Positions 13,233-24,914 of a DNA stretch of 64,000 nucleotides are shown one piece after another. The stretch is taken from the NCBI GenBank assembly GCA_973895155.1, contig OZ316891.1, forward strand, positions 335,458 through 399,457, in the 5' to 3' direction. The notes beneath the pieces are model-generated. The model ran no database searches. It saw only the letters and a list, made by a program, of their open reading frames with translations, and was not told where the DNA came from. Both the position numbers and the translations under genes were made by a program. Every line of letters starts with the position of its first letter. The first letter of the stretch is position 1. Source of the stretch: Marsupella aquatica (Eukaryota; Plantae; Marchantiophyta).

Positions 13233-13325
13233 GCAGCTACTATGGTAACAGCAGGAGTTTTTATGATAGCAAGGTGTTCTCCTTCATTTGAATACTTACC
13301 TAATGCTCTGATTGTTATTACTTCT
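13233..13325 (+). pseudogene. nad5: NUMT: fragment of mitochondrial nad5
   Basis: Translates [31 protein letters not shown], matching the conserved plant Nad5 segment [31 protein letters not shown]. Confidence 0.85.
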
Positions 13326-14309
13326 CTCTCAAGACCTTCTACACATGAATCTATTTTCTTGAAGTAGGCATGGGCCCAACAGAAGCAACAGACGCATGCT
13401 ACTCCACTATTCCTTCCAAAACTATGCTCCCTTCTACGTTCACGCGCACGGTCTATGAGCTTTCGGATTCAATCATGCCGTCAACGTAGCAAAGTTTCTA
13501 CTGCAAATACAGTCCACTTTCCTGCCTTGTCCGATAATCCTTCACGATAGTACTGTACAGTGCATCATTCCATTCTTGCGTCATTTGAGAATTATTCCCT
13601 TACGCCTTCCCTAACCCCAGAGTAGCTAACAAGCTTTCGAGCACGTTTCACGACCTATCTTGGGAATCTGAGAAGCTCAGACAGTTGAGATGCAGATGGA
13701 ACTTCATATCGTTTTGGTCGAATCCAGACTGTCAACTCCCTTTGAAGCAGAAGAACATGGCCACTTTACTAGAATTGAATTATCTAATCTTCGACATGGA
13801 TGTATTCGAAGATCTGAATACATCCATCAGTCTCGGCCAAAGGCTTCCTGCAAGTCGATGAACTCGAAGACTCATTGCTTGAAGTTTTCTGCTGGTGGAG
13901 GTCGCCATCCGCGCATTTGATCTTTATGCCCTTGATTTTCGTCTCCTGTCACCAATGTGAGTTCCCTTCCAGTACCATGTTCACAGCAAGGCAGCTACTG
14001 TATGCAAACTCTTCTTTTGATCTAAGGACAATACTCAACTAAGATGTCAAAAGAGGTTTCTACATATCAAGCCAACAGCTTGATTTCACGCACCTCTAAT
14101 TTCGACACTCAAAACGAAACTTGCGTGACATTTCTCTTACATGAAATGGTCTTTCAGCCAGAAGAGGGCTAGGTACAACCCCCAATTCCAGAATCTCAAA
14201 ATTAATATTACAGAATTGCGACACCTAACACCTGACTGTATCTGCGCTGCCAGTGACTACTGATTTGAAGTCACTTTCCAGCCAGCCCAACACAGCTTTC
14301 AATCTGTGT

Positions 14310-17300
14310 TCACCAGTAATCACCACAAGAACACATTCCATCTTTAAAATGGTGGAACCGATTTGCATCCCTTGCAATAATCTCGCGTCCGGTCACCTTA
14401 GAAATATACTTGGTTGCTGAGTGGCAATCTGAACACACCCGAAGGTTCTTACTTACACGAATAGGTTCTCCCCAAGGTAGGTGCATAAGTCCGTAAGCAA
14501 TAGCCAACTTCTCACTATGAGAGCAAAGGGCTAGCTCCTTATCCTCTTCATTGATATCATGCAATACAAGCTGGGTATCCGGAATGTAGCCTTCCGCCTT
14601 CAGTTTTTCACTCAATTTACTCAGCTCAGTATAGATCGCCTCCGCTTCTGGGTGAGATGTATCCCCCACCACAAATTCATGGATCTTGTTATGAACTTCG
14701 ATCCAGCTACGTCCTGGCTCCTTCCGAACACCTCTCTCTTGCATCATAGTGCGCACAGATGACACCTTCTCCCACTTCCCAGCTGCAGCATAGATATTGG
14801 AGAGCAGCACATATGTAGAGGCCTTACCGGGTTCCAACTTGAAAAGCTCGTTAGCGGCCAGTTCACCCAGCTCCACGTTACCGTAAGTTCTACAAGCCCC
14901 AAGCAAGGCTGTCCAAGTTACATCATCTGGTTCGATCGGCATCTCACTGATCAACTGCTTTGCTTCTTCCACGTGTCCCGCCCGCCCAAGAATATCCACC
15001 ATGAGGTTATAGTGAAAAACAGTACGCTCGATACCGTAATCTTGCGTCATAGCAGAAAAGATTCGACGGCCATCATCAACAAGGCCTCCATGAGAACAGG
15101 CTGACAACACAGCTATGAATGACGTCTCGGTGGGCTTCACATGGTCTGCATTCATTTGTCTGAAAAGTTCCAGGGCTTCCTGCCCATATCCGTGTTGTGC
15201 AAGTCCACCGATCATTATGTTCCAAGTGACTACATCGCGTTTCTCCATTCTGTTAAAAACAAGTCGGGCGTCAGCTATACTGCCACTCTCTGCATACATG
15301 TGAACGAGTGCACTACCCACACGCAAATCCGACTCCAGTCCGGCTTTCCTAGCGTGGCCATGAACCTCCTTCACCCACTCCAAAGCCCCCGCACTTGCAG
15401 ATGCATTCAGGATGGTCACATAAGTGATTGCATCTGGTTCGAAGCCTTGGCGTCTCATTTCAAGAAACATTCGATATGCTTCATGCCCAGATCCATGTTG
15501 TGCAAGCCCTCCTATCATTACAGTCCATGTGATTACATCGCGTTTCTCCATTCTGTCAAAGACCAGTCGGGCATCATCTATACTGCCAATCTTCGCATAC
15601 ATGTGAACGAGTGCATTGCCCACACGCAAATCCGACTCCAGTCCGGCTTTGCTAGCGTGGCCATGAACCTCCTTCACCCACTCCAAAGCCCCCGCACTTG
15701 CAGATGCATTCAGAATACCCGCATAAGTGAATGCATCTGGTTCAAAGCCTTCCCGTCTCATTTGGAGAAACAATCGATATGCTTCGTGCCCACATCCATG
15801 TTGTGCAAGTCCCCCGATCATTACGTTCCATGTGACTACATTGTGTTTCTCCATTCCCTCAAAAACAAGTCGGGCGTCATCTATACTGCCACTCTTTGCA
15901 TACATGTGGACCAGTGCAGTGCCCACACGCAGGTCTGACTCCAGTCCTGCTTCGGCAGCATGGCCATGAATCTCCTTCACCCACTCCAAAGCCCCCGCAC
16001 TTGCAGATGCATTCAGGATGCTCAGATAAATGATTGCATCTGGTTTGAAGCCTTCCCGTCTCATTTGGAGAAACAATCGATATGCTTCGTGCCCACATCC
16101 ATGTTGTGCAAGTCCCCCGATCATTACGTTCCATGTGACTACATTGTGCTTCTCCATTCCCTCAAAAACAAGTCGGGCGTCATCTATACTGCCACTCTTT
16201 GCATACATGTGGACCAGTGCAGTGCCCACACGCAAGTCTGACTCCAGTCCTGCTTCGGCAGCATGGCCATGAATCTCCTTCACCCACTCCAAAGCCCCCG
16301 CACTTGCAGATGCATTCAGGATGCTCACATAAGTGATTGCATCTGGTTTGAAGCCTTCCCGTCTCATTTGGAGGAATAGTCGATATGCTTCGTGCCCACA
16401 TCCATGTTGTGCAAGTCCTCCTATCATTACATTCCATGTGATTACGTCGCGTTTCTCCATTCTGTCAAAAACCAGTCGTGCGTCACCTATCCTGCCAGTC
16501 TCTGCATACATGTGAACCAGCGCAGAGCCCACACGCAAATCCGACTCCAGTCCGGCATTTCTAGCATGGCCATGAACCTCCTTCACCCACTCCAAAGCCC
16601 CCGCACTTGCAGATGCATTCAGAATACTCGCATAAGTGAATGCATCTGGTTCAAAGCCTTCCCGTCTCATTTGGAGAAACAATCGATATGCTTCGTGCCC
16701 ACATCCATGTTGTGCAAGTCCCCCGATCATTACGTTCCATGTGATTACATTGTGTTTCTCCATTCCCTCAAAAACAAGTCGGGCGTCATTTATACTGCCA
16801 CTCTTTGCATACATGTGAACCAGTGCAGTGCCCACACGCAAGTCTGACTCCAGTCCTGCTTCGGCAGCATGGCCATGAATCTCCTTCACCCACTCCAAAG
16901 CCCCCGCACTTGCAGATGCATTCAGGATGCTCAGATAAATGAGTGCATCTGGTTTGAAGCCTTCCCGTCTCATTTGGAGGAATAGTCGATATGCTTCGTG
17001 CCCACATCCATGTTGTGCAAGTCCTCCTATCATTACATTCCATGTGATTACATCGCGTTTCTCCATTCTGTCAAAAACCAGTCGGGCGTCACCTATCCTG
17101 CCACTCTCTGCATACATGTGAACCAGCGCAGAGCCCACACGCAAATCCGACTCCAGTCCGGCATTTCTAGCATGGCCATGAACCTCCTTCACCCACTCCA
17201 AAGCCCCCGCACTTGCAGATGCATTCAGAATACTCGCATAAGTGAATGCATCTGGTTCAAAGCCTTCCCGTCTCATTTGGAGAAACAATCGATATGCTTC

Positions 17301-18419
17301 GTGCCCACATCCATGTTGTGCAAGTCCTCCTATCATTACATTCCATGTGATTACGTCGCGTTTCTCCATTCTGTCAAAAACCAGTCGGGCGTCACCTATC
17401 CTGCCACTCTCTGCATACATGTGAACCAGCGCAGAGCCCACACGCAAATCTGACTCCAGTCCCGCTTTCCTGGCGTGGCCATGAACGTCCTTCACCCATG
17501 CCAAACCCCCATCACATGCGGATCCATTCAGGATGCTCGTATAGGTGATTGCATTTGGTTCGAATCCATCCCGTCTCATTTGGAGGAATAGTCGATATGC
17601 TTCCACACCATCACCACGTTTTGCACATGCTCCAATCATAACATTCCATGTAATGACATTTCGATTAGTCAACTTTTCAAAAACTTTCCTTGCCTCGGTG
17701 ATGCACCCACATTTAGCGTACATCAGTACGAGAGCAGACCCTACACGCACGTCCGATTCAAAGCCGGCATGTCGAATACCCTGATGAATTTCTTTTCCCC
17801 AATTGAGAGCTAATGGGCTTGAACATGCATTCAGGATGCTCAGATACGTGATCTCATTCGGCTTCACGCCTTCTTGGCGCATTAGATTGAAAATTTCGAG
17901 TGCAGATTCAGCATGATCACTCCTAGCGTATCCCGCAATCATGCTGGTCCAAGTAATAACACTCTTCTTCTGAATTTGATCAAAAACTCTACGTGCATCC
18001 GATAAACCTCCGCATTTGATATACACATTCAAAAGCGTGATTGCCACATATGGATTTTCGTGAATTCCACTCTCGATGATGCAATCATGAATTTGCTTGG
18101 CTCCTGAAAGGTCTTTCTGTTGCAAGCACATTTGCAGAACTTTAATATATGTGTACGAGTCTATAGCAATGCCTCGCTGTAGACGATCTTTCAACATAGC
18201 AATTGTTTGACCCGTGGTACCAGGATGCATATGCCTACTGCCAATCCCTTTTGCAATGACTTGAGACCGATCTCTCGTGTAATAACTAACATTAGATGGA
18301 AATCTGCAGTGAGTAACCAAATTCGCCCTTGCCTTAACCCACGCTGGCGTTGACCATCCATCCACCCAAAGTGCTAGTCTTGTCAACTTCTGATTGAACT
18401 CAGGTGCTCTGGGCTTCCT
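14310..18419 (-). CDS. PLS-class PPR protein with E1-E2-DYW cytidine deaminase domain (organellar C-to-U editing factor), 32 PPR motifs; true start uncertain
   Basis: Architecture L-S-(P-L-S)x9-P2-L2-S2-E1-E2, then PG box (PGRSWIEV), HSEKLA, CSDC and terminal DYW. Probable acceptor TGACAG at 18420 implies upstream exons at about 19.4-20.5 kb; otherwise the first in-frame ATG is at about 18230. Confidence 0.96.
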   Translation of the reverse strand, partial: RKPRAPEFNQKLTRLALWVDGWSTPAWVKARANLVTHCRFPSNVSYYTRDRSQVIAKGIGSRHMHPGTTGQTIAMLKDRLQRGIAIDSYTYIKVLQMCLQQKDLSGAKQIHDCIIESGIHENPYVAITLLNVYIKCGGLSDARRVFDQIQKKSVITWTSMIAGYARSDHAESALEIFNLMRQEGVKPNEITYLSILNACSSPLALNWGKEIHQGIRHAGFESDVRVGSALVLMYAKCGCITEARKVFEKLTNRNVITWNVMIGACAKRGDGVEAYRLFLQMRRDGFEPNAITYTSILNGSACDGGLAWVKDVHGHARKAGLESDLRVGSALVHMYAESGRIGDARLVFDRMEKRDVITWNVMIGGLAQHGCGHEAYRLFLQMRREGFEPDAFTYASILNASASAGALEWVKEVHGHARNAGLESDLRVGSALVHMYAESGRIGDARLVFDRMEKRDVITWNVMIGGLAQHGCGHEAYRLFLQMRREGFKPDALIYLSILNASASAGALEWVKEIHGHAAEAGLESDLRVGTALVHMYAKSGSINDARLVFEGMEKHNVITWNVMIGGLAQHGCGHEAYRLFLQMRREGFEPDAFTYASILNASASAGALEWVKEVHGHARNAGLESDLRVGSALVHMYAETGRIGDARLVFDRMEKRDVITWNVMIGGLAQHGCGHEAYRLFLQMRREGFKPDAITYVSILNASASAGALEWVKEIHGHAAEAGLESDLRVGTALVHMYAKSGSIDDARLVFEGMEKHNVVTWNVMIGGLAQHGCGHEAYRLFLQMRREGFKPDAIIYLSILNASASAGALEWVKEIHGHAAEAGLESDLRVGTALVHMYAKSGSIDDARLVFEGMEKHNVVTWNVMIGGLAQHGCGHEAYRLFLQMRREGFEPDAFTYAGILNASASAGALEWVKEVHGHASKAGLESDLRVGNALVHMYAKIGSIDDARLVFDRMEKRDVITWTVMIGGLAQHGSGHEAYRMFLEMRRQGFEPDAITYVTILNASASAGALEWVKEVHGHARKAGLESDLRVGSALVHMYAESGSIADARLVFNRMEKRDVVTWNIMIGGLAQHGYGQEALELFRQMNADHVKPTETSFIAVLSACSHGGLVDDGRRIFSAMTQDYGIERTVFHYNLMVDILGRAGHVEEAKQLISEMPIEPDDVTWTALLGACRTYGNVELGELAANELFKLEPGKASTYVLLSNIYAAAGKWEKVSSVRTMMQERGVRKEPGRSWIEVHNKIHEFVVGDTSHPEAEAIYTELSKLSEKLKAEGYIPDTQLVLHDINEEDKELALCSHSEKLAIAYGLMHLPWGEPIRVSKNLRVCSDCHSATKYISKVTGREIIARDANRFHHFKDGMCSCGDYW
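15190..17660 (-). repeat. 303-bp tandem repeat encoding 101-aa P-L-S triplets, about 8 near-identical copies
   Basis: CCTTCACCCACTCCAAAGCCCCCGCACTTGCAGATGCATTCAG recurs every 303 bp. Confidence 0.95.
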
Positions 18420-21400
18420 CTGTCAGCACCACAACCCACGATCAGATCTGCTACCAGGATAAAATCCAGGAGATTCCACGAGGTGCAATGAATTTGTAGT
18501 TATTTCTTGACGACTATGTTTCCAGTGATCTTTCTACAATGAGTGTTCAGAAATGGATAGCAGACCGGTAAGCCTCTCGAGTTCTAGGGTGCATTCCTAC
18601 CTCCGTCCAAAGATGTATTTTCTTGTCTCCCTTGCTCTGCTGTGATCTTTGGTACAGATAACTTGCAAAAGTTAAATGACTCCTTTCCAACTGAGAGTAA
18701 CGGCTATCTGTGAAGAATGCAATGATCTTAGAATAGAATATAGGATTGTGAAAGGCATATCCAGGTATCAACAAGCTCGTTCCTTCTCCCGTATTTTACT
18801 GTACCCACAGAAAGGACTGAGTCAAGAGCCTATCGAATTGATACTAAAATACTTCAGCCAGAAGTCACATGTTATCCTTGGGTTGTGTACAGGACAGACT
18901 CTTAGGGCATCTTGACAGGCGTTCATTTGTAAGTTGCCTACACTGTCCTTTCTGCGCTATACACAAACCAGAATCTCAGATTTCTCAAAAGAGACTACTT
19001 AGAAATAAAGCCTAGCCATCATCTGTAGAATCCATCGTGATTAGACACAGATGACATGAACGTGAAAGCGCTTCCCTCCCTCTCCTATAATTCAGAAGTA
19101 AAGGCTATCCATCATTCTTGAACTTGGCTCTTATACAATCCGTGAAGAGACACATACGATATGAATGTAACAGCCTCCCCTCCCCTCCCCTCCTCCCCAC
19201 CCTGTGCTTCTTAACACGAAAAAGGAATCAAACTTGAAGTTCAACTCAAGTCTTGATCACATAAGCCTCATGGCAGGAAATTCCCGCAACTATAAATGTC
19301 ACACCGTGGTGCTGGAACAAGAGTTTCTGTTTAAAAGTAGGTACGCATAACGTTGAAATCGCTCTTCAGTCTCATTACCTGAAGGCCGTGTACAAGAACA
19401 ATGGCGGATGCCAATACCAATCAAACCGGAAGATGAAGGATAAACTCTGCAAATCAAACGTCTTTGTTGAGAATGTATTCAAGGTCGTTTGGTCACATCA
19501 AATCCAACAAATTGACATGCATACAAAATTAATCATACCTGGCTGAGGACTGTTGCCTAAAGCGGTCCATATCCAAAAGTTCCATCGAGTCAGCTCCGTT
19601 CCCGTGCCGGGAATACGGAGCTCAATGGTACAGTTTTGAGAAATACGATCTTACCTGTTTGACAAAGGTTCAAATCAGTCTAAGTAGTGCAATCTTGCAG
19701 AGCCCTCAAATTTCAAGTCTCATCTTTCCTTCCCATAATCTAAGGAAAGAATATTCATTACGCGAAGGCTCTGTTGGGGAAACCTTGACCGGGCAGAGGA
19801 ATCTCAGCTCAGCGTAACAGTTGGAGGAAGCCCTAGAAGCATAGCAGTAGCCGTATCTTCTCCAGGATCAATTCCTCCTGCTGGACTCTTTTACGAATCA
19901 TCCCAGCTTTGCCATCAAAACTTGAGAATCAAAACTACAAGTTTTGAGAAGAAAAAGTACGAGAAGATCTTCCATCCAAACCCCAAAGCAACCCACAGTC
20001 ATACCTGCACATTGCCCTCTGAAAAACTACGGCGCGAGTGCTCTTGTTTATCGCCCTCCAAGAAAGAACCCTTTCCAACTGAAGTGTCCTGCATACCAAA
20101 CGAAGAATTGTCGACATTTCTTCAAAGAAGAACTTGTGAACAAGTGTTATGCAGACCGTGTAAGTAGCAAATTGGGCAGGCTCGACAATTCGTTCAGAAC
20201 AACAAGTTGAAGCAAGTGGCAACAAAATTGATCTAGATTGTAACGGGAAATCAGGAGACGGGCAGCAGGAGACGTCATGCAAGAAATGAGTAGGGCTTGA
20301 ACCAGGATGGACAGTATCCCGGGCTGAAAAAGAGATTCTGTCCCGCTTCCTTGGGCGCCCAGAGGTGAGAAGTATAGTTGCCCAATCTAAGGTCGAAACG
20401 CAGAAGAACATCCAGTATAGCTAGGGCCTTACTAAGAATTCTCTGCCCAAAGGACATGACGAGAGGCCGTGTAAACGTGGTAACGCGAACCTAACAGGGA
20501 TCACTGGATTCGTCAGCATGTAGCTACGCACAGCTCGATACCAACTCCCCGAGAAGCAACTATAGCAATTCAGCAATCCGAAGCCACTACGACAAGTAAT
20601 ACTTAGCAGATTGTGAATACTAGAAGGATTGTTAACTCATTAAATTAACTGCTGAATTACAATCCAATAATACATTCTTAATTTTGGTTTCTTTTATATT
20701 TTGCAGCATAATTCATACTTGGCGAGCCTCTAACTGGAGGATTAAGGACTTCCTCGGTTATCGAGTTTCATTTACTTTTGATCCCAAGTCATTCTCGGCG
20801 GGGGTCTCCAAGATTCTGAGATGGATTCTCATCGACTTTTACCTAGAATCCTAGTCGGCGAGGGTCTTTGACATGCAGTCGCGCTATCTGGCGAGCCTCT
20901 ATGTGGTGGATTAGGGACACTTGGGGCCCACCTAACACTTCCTCACTCGGAGTGTCTCCTGGATGGACTCGGGTCATTTGGGGCAACAGTATTTGTACTC
21001 AGCGAGTGTCTCCGAATTGGTTTTGGTTCTCTTGTTGCCCACTGTCCGTTTTTACCCATGGTTTCCTCGTTGAAGTGTTGTTACCGTTTGCCGGTGAAAT
21101 TTTTTGATGGAACGGCCAAAAAATAACTTTTGGGTTTTTTTTGGGTTTTTTTGAATATTTTGTAACCCTTGTACAGGCCCTCTGAGGATTTTGGAAGAGA
21201 AAACAAAGGGCTGTCATGTGTATTTCAAGCCCCCAAGCCCTTTACCACCCCCTTTGACCCTTTGTTGTCAAAATTTGGTTACGCGCGCAAAATGTAAACC
21301 CTGTCATCATACCTTGGATAGGTCATTCAGTTTTGATCAAAATCACAAACCTATTTCAGATTCTAAAAAGCCTAAATCATCTATTTAAATTAAAAAAACA

Positions 21401-22334
21401 TTTATCCAATCCCTCACCAAAGAATCTGCTCATTTTTATTGGAATCTTGTACCCATCATCATTTATTCAACTTTGCCAAAAAAAAAACGAGTCATAATTT
21501 GTTCTCCTACTGCTCCTCCAAAATGTCCTCGTTTATGAGAGCTTGGATCACTTTAGCTAACCAATGCTGACAGTGAAAGAGAGACAGATGTAGAAATTTG
21601 CCTGAAACCATCAAATTGTTTTTATGGGGCCGAAATAGTTTTGGATATCTGTTCAAAATAAAAATAGTTGGTAACTAGTTCCAATGAATTTCCTACTCTG
21701 ATAAGTTATATCAAGCTGTGAATCGGATGTTGACTTACACTCATATGTCATACAATTTAGGACACTACCAACCACATGAAAATGTTGTCATCCCCACTGT
21801 TATCATGAGTTTTAGTTTTGACGTCAGCACCAAGCCCGGTAGAAACTACTTTAAATACTTTGTAAGACATTGTCTATTGCTCGTTTCATTTGGACTGTAC
21901 TCTAACATTTCATTCATGGATGACAACTAGAGCTCCTGTCTTGTGACTCATTCTCTTGATTTCCAATGTATTCAGATTTTTGAGCCTAGATCAAACTGCA
22001 AGGGTACTAGAAAAATAAATAAATTTAATCAATCTCGATGGAATTTGAAAATGATTAGGTTGTGGAACTGCATCTTTGATCATGGATATATCCGGAGCTT
22101 GAGTCTGACCTCAACAATTTTTTAGACAAAATCAGACTTTTTAAAATGTCAGAAAAGACCAGGTGATTATCTGACTGTCAAATTTTTAATACGTTGCAAA
22201 TTTTTTACTTATGATTGACATGCTGACAATGTTCCCGGTACTATAATCTCTTTTGATCGTTGTTAATTTTACCACTTCTACTAATAATAATAATAATAAT
22301 AATGTTACTAACCAGTTCTGAGCATCAATGTAAT

Positions 22335-22497
22335 TTTTTTCAAGTAGGAGTTTGATGCAAATCCCATGGTTTTTTATGGGATAATCAATGGGATATAAGA
22401 TTGGGGATTCTTAGGAAGGGTATATAAGATAGGGACACTTATATAACCAATAGACTTCAGGCATGTGCACACCATGACAATTAAAGAGGTAATGATT
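22335..22497. repeat. Dispersed repeat of about 165 bp; second copy at about 35648-35820
   Basis: GTAGGAG...TTTGATGCAAATCC...CCATGACAATTAAAGA is shared by both loci. Confidence 0.8.
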
Positions 22498-22617
22498 CGG
22501 TTTCCTGGTACCTGACTTTCAATGGAAAAGGTTCAAAACACTTTTTTTAATGAAAATTTTTCAATTCAAATTCATTATTTTGTCAGTGTGCTTTGACACA
22601 GTGTAGTTGTGTGCTTC

Positions 22618-22719
22618 AAGGTCCTAGTAAGTGAAATCAGTGGAACAGGCTCAAAGCACAGAGAATTAAGGTCCTAGTAAGTGAAATCAGTGGAACAGGC
22701 TCAAAGCACAGAGAATTAA
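22618..22719. repeat. Perfect 50-bp tandem duplication
   Basis: AAGGTCCTAGTAAGTGAAATCAGTGGAACAGGCTCAAAGCACAGAGAATT twice. Confidence 0.9.
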
Positions 22720-24137
22720 ATTAGTCGATTTAAGCTCACAATGATCAAGATAAATAGCCAGGCCACCACTATTAAATTTTCCGCACGGAAAGAATCTAAA
22801 GATCAACCTTCATTAGATTTTTATCAATTTGATGATGAAGTTTACCTCAAGTAGCGTGACAACCAGGGGCACAAGTTTTGCTCTGACCGACTCACTCTCA
22901 ACCATTGGGTTAGTTCATTTTCACACTGACCGGGACATGATACTTTTTATTTTGGTTACCCAAATATTATTATTATTATTTTATCTCAACAAGATTTAAG
23001 AACTTTATGCATTAGAATATCGGTAAAGTACCTAACCATGGTCCATTCATGCATGGTTGATGCTGATTATAGTTGAGTTGCGCCAATGTAACCCTACTTG
23101 ACACACCAAAGCAAAAGACGCGTTCCCCAAACCTATTGGTAGATGCAAAGTTTTTGAGTACGATTATTGTGGATTGAAAAATCCCGTGTCTCTTTGAGTT
23201 TGTTTAGCCCCGTTCACTGTGTTGTCGGTCAAGTCCCCGTTCATTGTGTTGTCGTGCGACAAGCACCCGTTCAGTGGAAAAGCCCAACTCGTCCGGACAT
23301 TGCAAGCGCAGGGGAGTTTCATGATTTTTCAGTTATGGCGGGGAAGGCACTGAGGTTGCATTGCATCTTTCCATCTGTGCCGGAATCCAAGAAGGCAGAT
23401 CTTGCTACATCTGATGTGTGTCCAAAGAGTAAGCAAGGGAGAGCTCGGCTGCATCAGCAAACGCCCAATGTTGAGGCGTTGGTTGGACAAGCAGTGGGAG
23501 GAAGTGCGCTAGGAACGTTTCGAGACGAAGCAGTAGGGCAGTAGCGAGTTGATGGTCAATCTAGGTCTACAAAGTTGAATGTTGGGCACGAGAGGAAGTG
23601 GCAATTGGAAAGGTGCACACTGCAGCGAGGTGAGCAATACTCTGTTGTGAGGAAGTATTGACATTAAAGCTTGTTGTCTGTCCTTCAGCGCCTTATTCAG
23701 TTATTTGCTCGTTATTCAGTTGTACTAGGAACGGAAGCTATAATGTTTGATCTCCCTCCTTTTGACCACTGTCTCTCTCGATGTCGCCCTCTCTTTCACT
23801 CAAATCCTTTGTGATTGTTTGTTGGCTGGGTGGTTGCGGTAGATGAAGTTAAGGATTTGAGACAATTCGCCCAAGGCTGGCCATCTTGTCCTTCAACTTT
23901 CTACCTTGTTGTAATTGGGTTCTACAGACTGCTTGTCTTGTTATGAACGGGCAAAATCATTCTTATACGGAAGCCATTACCTAATTGGTTGACTGGTGGA
24001 GTAATTACTGTACTCTTTGTCATGCCTTTCTCATTGCGACTGAAGCTTTTGCATAGACTCTCTTGTCATAGTCAAGGTTGGGCCAGGCTTGTGTTTCTAA
24101 AATTGATGTTCAACGGAAGTCTCCTACATTATACTAA

Positions 24138-24914
24138 ATGCCAAGCTACTGTGAATTTGCAGGAGACAAAGCAATGAAGGGCCCTCACACTCAAAAACAA
24201 GTGCAACTGCCTGTTCCACTCAGTTCGAGCAGCAGGTCGACTAATTCAGGCACAAGTGAGGAATCTGAAGATGAAGTTCAGGTTCAACTGCCAAGTGACC
24301 AGGACAGTGGCAGCATGGATGAGGGGGAGCTTACAAAGTCGAAGGGCAAGAAAAAGGTTACAAACAAGAAAACAAAGGAACAGGCAGTGGATCAGGGTGC
24401 AAGACTAGTTGTAGACAACGATCATGTTGTGACACTAGTTTGGGAATATAGGAAGCACTTTATGGATTTTAGCAAGGGTAGGAAGAAGAAGCCCAAGAAG
24501 TTAATTCCAAACAAGGTGTGGACAAAAGTTTACAGCAACTACAAGAAACAATAATTCCCTATGTCTGGATTTAGACTAGAGAGCCTCAAGATTCATCTAC
24601 GAGAGGCATTGACTGAAATGCAATCCGGAGTCAATAATCCAGAGGTTGATAACCAAGAGGGTGTTGAACTCCAAGATTCTAAGGAGATGAGGGAACTATA
24701 CAACACAGAAGGATTTTTATGGAGAAATGTCTTGCAGGTCAGGCAACGAAGCATGGAAGGGAGTGTTTCTAAGAAACACAAGGAGCCTTTGGAGTTAGCT
24801 CCACCAGCTAGCAATGGCACACATATACGTTGTCGTATGGCCGAAAGAACACAAAGTAACAATATGACCTTAAAAACTCGGAATTCAATCCCTTTAAGAA
24901 CAGATTGGAAATAG
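24138..24914 (+). pseudogene. Decayed ORF with possible Myb/SANT(MADF)-like helical domain, likely a TE accessory gene
   Basis: Same-frame ORFs 24138-24554 and 24561-24914 are split by one stop; LVWEYRKHF...VWTKVYSNYKKQ*FPMSGFRLESLK pattern. Confidence 0.35.

Noticed and set aside
13233-13325. The NUMT editing sites as direct targets of the neighbouring PPR
   Set aside because: Only about half of the code positions match upstream of C13285, with a mismatch at -7, and the match upstream of C13324 is poor.
14559-17784. Many repeated plus-strand and alternative-frame ORFs
   Set aside because: They are shadows of the 303-bp PPR repeat.
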